DNA from: a virus
Lineage: Duplodnaviria; Caudoviricetes
Length of the DNA stretch: 64,000 bases
IMG/VR virus record: IMGVR_UViG_3300021255_000109
Location: 116,779-180,778 of that record
Direction: 5' to 3' (one strand)
Shown: positions 1 through 11,059 of the stretch, in pieces
How positions within the stretch are numbered: the first letter of the stretch is position 1
Layout of the letters: each line of letters starts with the position of its first letter
Notes under the pieces: model-generated
What the model was told of the DNA's origin: nothing
Seen by the model: the letters and a program-made list of their open reading frames with translations, nothing else
The model's database searches: none
Made by a program: the position numbers and the translations under genes

Positions 1-252
1 TGAGAAATCAATATTGTAAAACCCCTTGAATTGCGGGAAAACCTAGAACAGGCAATCCGCAGCCAAGCTTTTATTAAATAAATAAAAAGAAGGTTCAACG
101 ACTATCCGAAAGGAGTAGGTTATAAGCGATTGATAACCGAAGTGGGGGGCATCTAAACGGTTAGGCCGTAGATGATGATATAGTCTACTCTGCATAGGAA
201 TATGCAGCAGCGCAAGCGTAAAAAGTGTAGCGAACTTTTTAGAATATAAAGG
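1..252 (+). ncRNA. Group I self-splicing intron (3' part; 5' end upstream of window) in the terminase large subunit gene
   Basis: Core elements in order: P AATTGCGGGAA (29-39); Q AATCCGCAGC (54-63); R GTTCAACGACTA (93-104); S GATGATATAGTC (174-185). P7 is GACTA/TAGTC and P3 is CCCC(22-25)/GGGG(~144-149). Also P7.1 TCC-GAAA-GGA, P7.2 GGTTAT/ATAACC, P8 CATCTA/TAGATG, P9 TGCATA-GGAA-TATGCA. Terminal G at 252 is inferred: an exon ending in xU plus A253 restores (I/V)TTAG. Confidence 0.9.
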
Positions 253-1312
253 AACAACCGCGGGGTGGAAAGGCACATTCGCTTACGATAAATTAATACA
301 GATATTAGTCTGGATGATTACCGAGCCTGAGAAAGCCTTTGTAATGGGTGGAACCTGGCGTATCCCTGTGTTAGTAAAATTATTGGATAAAAACTTCTTG
401 CAAGATTTGAAGAAAGACGGTACCTATAATGATGCTTCTTTTGATCGTGAATATGAAAGTAAGTGGTCTGGTACTATTGAAGATTCTTATTTCAATGGCG
501 AACAATTTGATCGTAATAGAATTCTTAAGCAGCCTGAGTATGAATACTCCGGTCGATCAAGCGCAAAGAGTTTTTATGTTATCTCAGTCGATGTTGGTCG
601 CAAAGGTTGTCAATCTGTTGCGTGCGTTTGGAAGGTAATCCCACAGAGCGTGGGAGCGCATATTAAATCATTGGTAAATATTGATACTCGTTCAGATGAA
701 CATTTTGAATCACAAGCAATTTGGATAAAAGGGTTACATTATAAATATAAAGCTCGCCGCACTGTCATAGATGGTAATGGCGTTGGTCTTGGCTTAGTTG
801 ACTATATGGTAAAAACGCAAATCAATCCAGATACAGGAGAAACATATCCTGATTTTGGAGTTTATAACGATGATGAATCTTACTATAAAAAATATCGTAC
901 CGATAGTTGCGAACAAGATGCTTTATATATTATCAAGGCTAATGCGCCGATTAACACCGAAGCGCACTCTAATGCTTTAGTTCAATTATCTTCTGGAAAA
1001 GTAAAATTGTTAATAGATGAACGTGTTGCAAAACAAAAATTATTAGGAACAAGAATGGGTTAGAATATGACCCCTGAGCAAAGGGCAGATTATTTAAAAC
1101 CATTTACCTTAACTTCCATATTAAAAGAAGAAATGATGAATTTGCGGGAAGAAAATGAAGGTGTAAACATTATTTTAAAACCTGCAAACAAAAGGATTAA
1201 GAAAGATAAATTTTCTGCATTTGAGTATGGATTATATTATATAAAAGAAGAAGAAGAAAATAAGAAGCGTAAGAAAAAATTTAATGCTAAAGAATGGCGT
1301 TTATTTAATTAA
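253..1312 (+). CDS. terL: Terminase large subunit, 3' exon (one in-frame TAG=Gln at 1061)
   Basis: TTAGWKG coupling motif right after the intron, FDREYESKW, RNase H-like nuclease motifs (ISVDVGR, VIDGNGVG, KKDKFSA); ends TAA 1310-1312; first gene of the head module. Confidence 0.9.
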
Positions 1313-1324
1313 GGGAGGTAGATT

Positions 1325-1681
1325 ATGCGAGCTTCAAGAGGAGAAATAAAGATCGAAGAAATTTTAATAGAATCTGGATTACATTTTGAAGAAGAATATG
1401 CATTTGCGGATTTAAAGAGTACAAGAGGTATACCTTTAAGATTTGATTTTGTTGTGTTTGATGATGATGGTGCTATTGATTTTATAATTGAATATCAAGG
1501 CAAATAGCACTATGAACCTTCTGCCAAATTTGGCGGTAAGCGTGGATTTTATCAACAACAATATAATGATACGCAAAAAAGACGCTTTTGCGCTTTGCAT
1601 GATTTTAAATTAATTGAAATCCCTTATACAGAAGAAGATTTAATTTCTTATGATTATATAATGAAAAAAGCAGGATATTGA
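1325..1681 (+). CDS. Small PD-(D/E)xK / DUF559-Vsr-like endonuclease (118 aa)
   Basis: GGGAGG RBS; S.GE..I, LRFDF, IEYQGK[TAG=Q]HY matching the EYxGxQH motif, D..KR.FC, LIEIPY; ends TGA. Confidence 0.75.
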
Positions 1682-1692
1682 GGAGGTATAAT

Positions 1693-3336
1693 ATGCCAGA
1701 AAACCAAGATCGTTAGTCTCAAATCCGAGATAAAGGTTTTAATATACTCAAAGCTCCTACTTCTGCTACAGAAAGTTATGCTAAATTAAAGATTGGTACA
1801 AGATCATTTGATGATGCAGTTCTTGATTTACATTATTATGACAAGCTTGATCGTCGTGAATTCAGAAGCAAAGAATTCGTTATGACAGCATTAATCAATA
1901 ATGATGTAGAACTATTGCGTGAGATATCTCGATTTTATTATAAGACTAATGGTATCTATCAAAAGATTGTGAATTATTTTGCTTCTATGTATAGATATGA
2001 CTGGTATATGGTACCTGAGATTTTAAACGATAAAGCAAACAATGATAAAATCGTAGATGAGTTCATGAAAACACTAAATTATTTTGATGCAACTCACATC
2101 AAAAAATTGTGTGGTGAATTCGCATTGAGTGTTATTCGTGATGGTATATATTATTGCTATGCCTACGAAGGTGCGCATAGTATTTTGTTTCAAGAATTGC
2201 CTTGGAAATGGTGTCGTTCCAGATACAAAATTGCGGGAGTGCCTGCAATAGAATTTGATATGTCGTTTTTCGATACTAAATTTTTAGATGTCGGATATCG
2301 TATGCGCGTTTTAGATTTATTCCCACAAGAGTTTAAAGAGGGATATATCTTATATAAAAAAGGTAAATTACCACCAGATGATATTTTAACAGATGGTGTA
2401 AAAGGTAAAGGCCGTTGGTATTTACTTAAGCCTGGGTGCGCTTTTTAGATTGGCTTATATGGCTTAAATGGTTTACCATTATTTGTAAATGCGATTCCCG
2501 CACTTATTGATTTAGATATGACCCAAGGTATTGATAGACAAAGACAATTACAACAATTATTAAAGATTATTGTTCAAAAGTTGCCTCTCGATAAGAATGG
2601 TGACTTAATCTTTGATATTGATGAAGCAAGAGATATTCATAATAACGCAGTTGAGATGTTACGCAATGCTATTGGCGTTGACGTTTTAACTACTTTTGCA
2701 GATATTGAAGGCATTGATGTGTCTGATGCTAATAAGACTGTTACTGATGACTCATTAGGCAATGCTGAGCGCACAGTCTATAACTCAATGGGTACGTCTA
2801 AAAACATCTTTAATACAGATGGAAATTTAGCTCTTGAAAAATCAATTTTAGCAGATGAAGGTTCTTTAAGAGATTTAATTCTTCAGTTTGAAAACTTATT
2901 TGATTCTCTTGCGCAGATGCGCAGTACAAATAAGAAGAAATGGAATTTTAGATTCTATATGTTGCATACAACATAGAATAATTATTAGGCGTTATCAAAA
3001 TTATATAAAGAGCAAACTCAGATAGGTTTCTCTAAGATGTTACCTTAGATTGCTCTTGGTCAGAGTCAAAGTTTTATTCTTAATAGTGTATTATTCGAAA
3101 ATGAAGTGTTGAACTTGAGTGCGATTATGATCCCACCGCTTATGTCTTCTACTATGAATATTGAAACTATTCAATAGGTAGGTAGTAAAGGCACAAAAGC
3201 AACATCAAATCAACAAACTTAGGGCAATACAAGTCAAAGTAGCACTTCTGGAACTTAGAATAATGTAGGAAGACCAAGCAAAGAATAGGACCAATTAAGT
3301 GAAAAGACTCTAAAGAATAAAGAAACAGCGAGTTAA
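1693..3336 (+). CDS. Portal protein (547 aa with TAG=Gln)
   Basis: AGGAGG RBS; ORF fragments 1882 and 2518 share one frame joined by TAG codons; position between terminase and protease; size; C-terminal GRP motif; ends TAA. Confidence 0.8.
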
Positions 3337-3350
3337 AAGGAGATATTTGC

Positions 3351-4682
3351 ATGAACACAAGCATTAAAATGAATACTCCTTGTGAGTTAATCAACGTAAC
3401 TCCTTTAAACCCACTTATTTCACATTGTTAGATTAAAGTTTGTTACGTTGGTGAATAGCCAAATAGAAATAATAGTATTATAACTAAAGAAGTGGCAACT
3501 AATATTGCACAATCATTGCCGGGTAGCCCAATTGTGGGTTATTATAATAAAGACAATGGAGATTTTGAAGAACATACTCGTGTTATTGATATTGATAAAG
3601 AGACAAGATCAATTGTTTGGAAAGATCAAACTAAGCCTTATGGTTTTGTTGATTTAAATGCGCAGGTTTGGTTTTAGGATTATTTAGATGGTGATACAGT
3701 TCATACTTATCTTGTAACAGAAGGTTACTTATGGACTGGGCAATATCCTGAAGCGCAACGTATTATAGATCAAGGCAATAATTAGTCTATGGAATTAGAC
3801 ACAAAGACTTTGCGTGGCTCTTGGACACAAAGTGATAATAGCAATATGCGCTTTTTTATTATTAATGACGCTATAATTTCAAAATTATGTATTTTAGGAG
3901 ATGATTTCGAACCTTGTTTTGAAGGTTCTCAAATCACGAAATTTTCTTTTGAAGATGGATTTAATGAAAGATTATATTCGTTAATGACAGAAGTTAAAAA
4001 ATTGAAAGGAGGCAACCTTACAATGGATGAGAATGTAAAGAATGAGGCAGGTTTACAAGCTACTGAACCTACTCAAGAAGAGAATCCTAATCCAGAGGTT
4101 CCTGCTCAGGAGAATGAACCAGCTGAAAATGAGCCTAAGCCAGAAAATAATGCGGCTGCCCCTGAAGCGACCGCAGAACCTGAACTTATTTCTGAACCAG
4201 AACCAGCTGCTGCAGAACCTGAAGCTGATCCTGAGCCAGAAAATCAGCAAGAAAATGAGGGCGAAGGCGTTCAATTTAGCTTAGCAGATTTTCAAAATCT
4301 ATAGGAAAGTTATTCTAATCTTTAGAATGAATTCAATGGACTTCAAACTCAATATAACGAACTAAAGGAGTCTTATGACGCTTTAGTAGAGTTTAAAAAT
4401 ACAAAAGATAGAGAAGATAAGCAATCTATGATTGATAGTTTCTATATGCTTGGCGAAGAAGATAAGAAAGACGTTCAAGATAATATAGATAAGTATTCTC
4501 TTGATGAGATTGAAGCAAAACTCGCAATTATTTGTGTACATAATAAATTAGATTTATCAGGTAAAACAAATAATGAACCAGAAACTACATTTAGTCTAGA
4601 AAATGTAGAAGACGATTCCGAAAATACTAACATTCCTGCATTAGTCAGTGTTCTTCGGAAAAACAGAAAAAACGAAAATTAA
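3351..4682 (+). CDS. Prohead protease / scaffold fusion (443 aa)
   Basis: PNRNNS, PIVG, KPYGFV, GYLW..YPE, QSMEL, LCILG...PCFEGS protease-like region, followed by an acidic E/P-rich linker and coiled coil; fragments 3492, 3789 and 4428 are in one frame. Confidence 0.75.
4023..4682 (+). CDS. Nested in-frame scaffold protein (internal start)
   Basis: AAAGGAGG at 4005-4012, 10 nt before an in-frame ATG at 4023, at the protease/acidic-domain boundary. Confidence 0.6.
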
Positions 4683-4697
4683 TGGGAGGAAAATTAG

Positions 4698-5405
4698 ATG
4701 GCTAAAACACGTTTAGGTAAGGCTACATTTGTTGAGCGTGGCTATGGTCAAGTTGAACCAAACCATCTTTCTGCTCAAAGAACTGGACAGGTATATGCTC
4801 AGTTACCAGCAGCCGCAAATATCGACCTTCTTGAAAATGGCCAATTCGTAAAATACAATTATGAAGCTGGTGTTGTTGATTTCCAAGGCGAGGGCGAATG
4901 GATGTTAGTCTTCAATGAAGTAAAGGTCTATCGTCCAGGCGAGTCAGAGTGTGATTTCGCTATGATTAAAGATAATTATGTTGCTCGTATTTATAGTCCT
5001 ATTGATGGTACTGTTATGGAGCAGCAAACTCAACCACGTTATTATGGTGGTAAAGATGCCGATGGTAATGATATTCCTAAGGTAGTAACTAAGGCAGATC
5101 CATGGGAAATGGATTCTACTGATAACCCATTTGCCGCTTTATTTGATTACGGTGGACCAAAGGCTATGCCTACAAATACAAAAATGGTTCCTCGTGTTCT
5201 GAAGACAAATGTTGGCGATATTTTTACTACAAATACAATCATGGCTACTGCTGCTCCTGCTATTGGCGCACATTTCCATGTTGGTGCTGATGGATACTTA
5301 ACTGCTGGTGATGGCGCTGGCGGAATCGATCCTACATTCCAAGTAGTAAAGAATTATGACCTTGGTGATCGCCAAAGAGCTGTTAAACTTATGAGAATTA
5401 ACTAA
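4698..5405 (+). CDS. Head decoration / minor capsid protein
   Basis: GGGAGG RBS; lies immediately upstream of the major capsid gene; LENG motif; no TAG codons. Confidence 0.6.
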   Translation: MAKTRLGKATFVERGYGQVEPNHLSAQRTGQVYAQLPAAANIDLLENGQFVKYNYEAGVVDFQGEGEWMLVFNEVKVYRPGESECDFAMIKDNYVARIYSPIDGTVMEQQTQPRYYGGKDADGNDIPKVVTKADPWEMDSTDNPFAALFDYGGPKAMPTNTKMVPRVLKTNVGDIFTTNTIMATAAPAIGAHFHVGADGYLTAGDGAGGIDPTFQVVKNYDLGDRQRAVKLMRIN

Positions 5406-5422
5406 TGAAAGGAGATAGAGCA

Positions 5423-6553
5423 ATGTTATTAAAAATTGAAGATCTTGTAAAGCTTGCGAAGATCGCAGCTCATGCTAATCCCTCTACTCCTGTTGCTTAC
5501 AGCTTTAATGGAGAGAACTTTAGCTATAATGAAGTACAGGATACTCTTCGTGCTCAATTTGAAGAGTTAGCTCCTGACTATCGCGGATATAGAGAAAACA
5601 AGAATACAATTTTCCGCATTATTGAAGAGACTCTTTCTGAAATCGTTCCAGAGAGAATTAAACAAAATTATGAGCAGTTTGCTGAAGTTAAGCACTATGC
5701 TCAAGGCGATAAGCCTATTTTCCGTAGAAAGACAAACATCCACAACCGCAATCGTGGTAAGCAGTTCGTGACAAGAGTCGGTCTGGCTGGTATCTATGAA
5801 GTTTGGAAGCTTGGTTCAGCACAAGAGAGCTTCGAAGTTCCAACTTCTGCTATTGGTGGTGCTGCTCAGATTGGATTCGAAGAGTTCCTTGACAAGCGTG
5901 TTGATTGGGCTGAATTAGTAAATATCCTTTATGAGGCAATTGATGATTTAGTATTTGAAGAAATCGGTGCTGCTCTTGGCGAGGGTATTAATCAGCTTCC
6001 TGCTGTAAACCGTGTAGTTGCTAATGATTTTGATGAAGCTACTTTTGATGCTTTATTAAATCAAGCAAAGATGTATGGTAATGTTACTATTTATTGTACA
6101 AATGAATTTGCTGTTAAGATGATTCCGAAGGAAGCTTGGAGATACACTGAAGCTATGAAGGATGAACTTTACAGAACTGGTCGTTTACAAGGTTATAAGG
6201 GCGAAAGAATTGTTGTTCTTCCTAACGCTTATAAGACTGCTTTTGCACAAGAGAAGGTTATTGATCCTAGCCTTTGCTGGATTATTCCATCTGGCGCAGA
6301 TCAAAGACCTGTAAAGGTTGCTTTTGAGGGTGATCTTTATACTAATGAATTTGAGAACTATGACTGGTCTCGTGATATTCATATGTACGAGAAGGTTGGT
6401 GTTTCTTGCATGATGGATAATGCTATTCACGTATACAAAGATACTAGTTTATCTAAGACTGGTGTATTCAACTTAAAGGATAATGTTACTAACCCTGTTG
6501 ATATCAGAACTCCTGAGGATGGTGGATCGAACCAGGGAAACCAGTAGCCGTAA
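5423..6553 (+). CDS. Major capsid protein (376 aa; ends ...GNQ-Q(TAG)-P-TAA)
   Basis: AAAGGAG RBS before ATG 5423; size, synteny and high-expression codon usage; stop TAA 6551-6553 under code 15. Confidence 0.85.
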
Positions 6554-6930
6554 CAGCTTCTAAACTTGCTACCGCACCTGATGATGCGAACAAAGCTACA
6601 TCTCAAGCTAATCAGGACGCTGTTACAGTAACACAAAATGGTAACACTATTACCATTACCGGTAGCCTTGATGCATTAAATAGTTTTGCTTCTACGAATC
6701 CTGCACAAGGCAGTGGTAAGTGGATTGGTTTAGATTTAAATACTGGACTTGACACAATTGTTGGTGCTACATGGGGAGATTCTTATAAATTGACTCAAGA
6801 AGATGTTGATGAAGCAGCTTCTGTAGGACTAGGTGCTGGTCACATTATTTTCTGGACTAAGGCCGAAGATTTACCAAAGACTATTAAAGTAAACGGTAAG
6901 TCTTACACTGTTGAATTTGTTGAAGGCTAA
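6535..6930 (+). CDS. -1 frameshift C-terminal extension of the major capsid protein (~130 aa, beta-rich, possibly Ig-like)
   Basis: Slippery heptamer G GGA AAC at 6535-6541. The -1 frame is open (PVAVTASKLATAPDD...IKVNGKSYTVEFVEG) to TAA 6928-6930. It has no ATG or RBS and an in-frame TGA at 6514 just upstream. Confidence 0.85.
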   Translation, partial: GKPVAVTASKLATAPDDANKATSQANQDAVTVTQNGNTITITGSLDALNSFASTNPAQGSGKWIGLDLNTGLDTIVGATWGDSYKLTQEDVDEAASVGLGAGHIIFWTKAEDLPKTIKVNGKSYTVEFVEG

Positions 6931-6963
6931 TTCATAAATTATTAATTTTATATATATTTTGAG

Positions 6964-7003
6964 TAAGGGGAGAATGGGGAAGTTCCCCTTCTCCCCTTAT
7001 TTT
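6964..7003 (+). terminator. Intrinsic terminator after the capsid genes
   Basis: TAAGGGGAGA...TCTCCCCTTA hairpin followed by TTTT. Confidence 0.75.
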
Positions 7004-7031
7004 CAGTTAAGAGAAAAAGGAGATTGAAACA

Positions 7032-7631
7032 ATGGCAACATTAGAAAGATATTTTTTAGTTACAAATAGAAGCGCAAGTAGAGTGCATTATTCTGTGCCT
7101 GAGCTTGGAATAAAAAGTCGTGATTTCCAGCCAGGAGAAACTAAGAGAATTAGTTATTCAGAGCTTGAAGGTTTAAGCTACTTACCTGGTGGCGTAGAAC
7201 TTATTAGAGATTATTTACTCGTAAAAGATGAAAAAGTGCGCGAAGAGTTTATTGGTCATACTGAACCTGAGTATAATATGACTGTAGAAGAAGTTAAGGA
7301 ATTGATTCTACACGGATCGCAAGATGAGTGGCTAGATTGCTTAGATTTTGCGCCAGAGGGCGTAATTGATTTAATTAAGGAATTAGCCGTATCACTACCT
7401 TTAACAGATACTCGCAAGATGGACGCATTTCTGGAGAAGAAGGGTACTAATTTAGCCCGCATGATCCAGGCTAAGAGAGAGGAAGAAGCAGAGCGCGCAG
7501 CCGCTAATCAAGAACAACAAACAACTCCTCAAAGAAGAGTTAAACCTGCACAAACAACTGAAGCTGTAAATACTGTAAGAAGAACCTCAGGATCAAAATA
7601 TAAAGTAGTAAATAAAACCGCACAAGAGTAA
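7032..7631 (+). CDS. Hypothetical head-associated protein (199 aa)
   Basis: AAAGGAG RBS; intact ORF after the capsid gene. Confidence 0.7.
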   Translation: MATLERYFLVTNRSASRVHYSVPELGIKSRDFQPGETKRISYSELEGLSYLPGGVELIRDYLLVKDEKVREEFIGHTEPEYNMTVEEVKELILHGSQDEWLDCLDFAPEGVIDLIKELAVSLPLTDTRKMDAFLEKKGTNLARMIQAKREEEAERAAANQEQQTTPQRRVKPAQTTEAVNTVRRTSGSKYKVVNKTAQE

Positions 7632-7653
7632 TATAATCAAAAGGAGGCGTTAT

Positions 7654-8271
7654 ATGGGAACACCATTTAAAGATATTTATAATCGCTTTCTTGGAAAAAT
7701 TACTGACGATATGTATATGGAATTAACTCCAAAAGATACAGTTAAAGATTTACAACGTTTACTTATTAATGCAATACCCGATTTTGAATTTCCAAGAACA
7801 GATCTTGGAGATTATGAAATCAAAGTCACTCGAATGCGCGAAGATGAAGTAACTGAAGATGATTTTATTATTGGTGTTATTTGGAATGAATTGGAAGATC
7901 CAGAAATACCAAACATACCAGATGTTATTGTTGAGCAATCAACTTTTGCAAATGAATTAACTTCAGAAGAAATAAATATTTTAGCTATTCTTATGATGAT
8001 AGGGTGGTTGCAGAGACAAGTTACATCTATTGAAAATGTTAGAATGAAATATAGTGGTGCTGATTTTAAAATGACTTCTTAGGCTAACCATTTAGCTAAA
8101 TTGTTATCCTTATTATCTGAATGTCATCGTCAATCGCATCATATGCAAAGACTTTATAAAAGAAGAAGACCTAGCACCGAAGAAGATTTAGAGGTTACTA
8201 AAAAGACAACTGGACCTTTTGCTTCTAACTGGGATGTCTTTAAATATGGAGTTTATAATAGTGGTGACTGA
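7654..8271 (+). CDS. Putative head-tail adaptor (205 aa)
   Basis: AAAGGAGG RBS; T.F..IY..FL.KI N-terminus; LT.EEI.ILA.LM; S[TAG=Q]ANHL; ends TGA 8269-8271. Confidence 0.6.
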
Positions 8272-8572
8272 TAATTTCCAAATTACTTATTCTAAAAATT
8301 CAATAGATCAGAATGTAACGCGTTTAACTAACCAGCTTTGGAAATTAATTCCAATGCGTGAGCATCATGAAGATTGGGAAAAACAACTTGATACAGTTAA
8401 TATTGAAATTGCAGGATTAGGCATTATGTTTGCGGCGATCCCGCAATTTCTCTGTTTACGCGCAAAATTAGAAGGTTTAAAAGTATTAAGTGATACTGCT
8501 TTTGATTTATATAGAAAAACTGTATTTGAGTGTATCAGTTTATTACAAGAGGTAAAGAAAAATGTCAGATAA
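8261..8572 (+). CDS. Hypothetical neck-region protein (~103 aa)
   Basis: GGAG plus GTG start overlapping the previous stop; ends TAA; start approximate. Confidence 0.6.
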   Translation: MVTDNFQITYSKNSIDQNVTRLTNQLWKLIPMREHHEDWEKQLDTVNIEIAGLGIMFAAIPQFLCLRAKLEGLKVLSDTAFDLYRKTVFECISLLQEVKKNVR

Positions 8573-9683
8573 ACCAAAAATGTATAATACTGCTTAGCAG
8601 CTTATGTCGGGTCGATTATTTGGCACTCCTGATGGTGATACGCAAAATGCAGAAGCTGAACAAAAATTTAAGCTACCAACCTTCTCAGTAGAACGGCTTA
8701 ATGAAATGAACAAAGATTTGCTATATCATGGCGGTCCAGGTCAGCAAAGCCGTATGATTCGAGATAAGCGAAGAACATTAAATAGAGCATTATTATATTC
8801 ATATCAAGGTGCTTTTGTAAAGAAGATACCCCATGAAGGTGAAGAGTTTATGGAGGATGGTGAGGAAGGCATGTTAATTCGCGCACTCATAAATCCTGAT
8901 AAACTCAAAATGGATTATGATGATAAAATCATATCTGTGGGGTTTGAACATAAATTCAAGCAAGGCGATGTTTTTGAATGGGTTAATACTAAGTCCTACT
9001 GGATAGTAAGACTTTAGGATTTAGATGAATTGGCATATTTTAGGGGTGAAATCCGTAGATGTGATTATACAATCGCATGGAAGGATGGGGAAGGCAACGT
9101 TCACAGCACGTATGCTGCAATAAGAGGACCAGTGGAGACTAAAATTAACTATATTCAGAAGCATTCAATTAGTATAGATACTCCAAATCATTCATTAAAT
9201 ATTTATATGCCTAAGACTAAATATACTTTAGAGTATTTTAAACGTTATGCTAAATTCTATTTATAGGATTTAGAAGATGGCGATACGAATATTTGTTGGA
9301 GAGTAGAGGCGACTGATTCCATTTCTACTCCTGGTATACTAGAGTTAACTGCAGTTGAATATTACGCTAATGAGTCGGAGGATGACTTAGAGAATGGAAT
9401 TGCGGGAGGCTTAATTGTCCAAAATGTTGAGCCAGAAGTAGAAGATACTAAAAATACTATTGTTGGTAATGTATTTATTAAGCCTAAACAAGAAGTAGAG
9501 TATTATTTTGATGGACCACTTCGCGCACATTGGAGTTTTGACAGTAAACTACCTATTAAAGCTATGTTAAATACTGATGATATTCGTAGGATTCGAATAC
9601 AATGGGTATCTAATTATAGCGGATAGTTTGAATTAAAATATGGTGATTATACTAAAACTATTGTAGTAGAATCACTATTTTGA
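8562..9683 (+). CDS. Putative head-closure / neck protein (373 aa)
   Basis: GAGG RBS, ATG 8562; fragments 8604 and 9030 joined by TAG; F..GD.F.W....W.V motif; ends TGA. Confidence 0.55.
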
Positions 9684-9699
9684 GTAAAAGGAGTATTAC

Positions 9700-10299
9700 A
9701 TGAAGAGATTGGTTTATTAGTATCCTCGATCAAGCTTTCTTTCTGTTGATAAAGACATGAACTTAATCATGGAAAAATTGTTTGCTAATTAGAGGTTGAA
9801 AAAATTATTATATTATACGACAAGGGACGCATTAGATCAACCAAATGTATCTGATGAATAGACAATAGAAATGGTTGGTAAAAATATAAAAAATGTACCT
9901 AAATTATATGTTGATAATAGTGTATTAACTTATATAATTGTAAATTTTGATAATTTTACTCCAAATCGTACCAATCCAGAATTTAGAGATAATATTATTG
10001 AATTTGATATTATATGTCATTTTGATTAGTGGACTTTAAAAGACTTTCAATTACGTCCATACAAAATTGCGGCTGAGATTGATTCAATGTTTAATGATTA
10101 GAAATTAACAGGCATTGGAGAAATTCATTTCTTAGGTGCAAGTCAAATTTTATTAACCGATGAATATGCTGGCTTATGCTTAATGTATGAAGCTATACAT
10201 GGGGAAGAAGATAAGAAAGACGCACCAGTTGGTGCAGATGATGGAGATATCATTGAGAATTTCAATGGTGTCTTTAATACTAGACCTTGGTAGAAATAA
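9700..10299 (+). CDS. Putative tail terminator / completion protein (199 aa; absent from ORF track, 6 TAG)
   Basis: AAAGGAG RBS; LKKLLYY, FDIICH...W, RPYKIAAEIDSMFN, GIG; ends TAA overlapping the next ATG. Confidence 0.65.
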
Positions 10300-11036
10300 T
10301 GGCAGATCATAGATTGGCTTTGATGTGCGGAATTGATATACCAATTCCGGAGTGCAGATTGATCGCCCATTAGCCAACATTAAGTGATATAGCATACATT
10401 GGAGAAACAGATTTTTTTGTAGGGATGCAATGTTTATGTATCAGTAAAAGTATGATCGTTTAGGACGAATCTCTTCTAGCAGATACGAATAATTTTTAGA
10501 TATTTATGACAGTAATGTCTGAGAAAGAGACAAAAAGTAAGAAAGATGCAACTTTATAGGTATTGCAATTATTATTTCCATCATATAAGATAGTGTTTGC
10601 CCCACGTTCGTTAATATTTTCTTCCAATGGTGAGACATTAACTGTAGATGAAAATAATTTCGATGCCTTACAAGATGTAATGAAAGAAATTTTTTGTTTT
10701 AATAATGGTCCAATGGACTAGTAGGCATTTAACCCTGGCGACGCTAAGTCACGTGAAATTGCGAACAAGATCTTAAGAGGTCGGTAGCGCGTCGCCGCGC
10801 AGTAGTATGGTAAAGAAGGATCTAATGGTAGCGCTTTTAGTAAGTACATTTCTATTCTTACTATTGGTACTCATACTATAGACATTCACTGTGCTACGAA
10901 ATTAACTATGTTTTAGTTGTATGATTTAATTGAAAGGTATTACTTATATGTTAATTGGGATATGGATGTCCGCACTCGATTAGCAGGAGGTAAACCTGAA
11001 TCTAAACCAGATGATTGGATGAAAAATATTCATTAA
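10299..11036 (+). CDS. Hypothetical tail-module protein (245 aa; absent from ORF track, 9 TAG)
   Basis: TAATG coupling to the previous gene; open to TAA 11034-11036 when TAG=Q; H[Q]PT, LTMF[Q]LYD, LAGG...W. Confidence 0.7.
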
Positions 11037-11059
11037 AAATACACAAGGAGGAATAGACC

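Noticed and set aside
5405-5422. Capsid start at ATG 5405
   Set aside because: The segment contains the SD (AAAGGAG) for ATG 5423, the more plausible start
6924-6970. Sixth copy of the intergenic motif (AGGCTAA...)
   Set aside because: TTTTA and TAG elements are not at offsets +35 and +43
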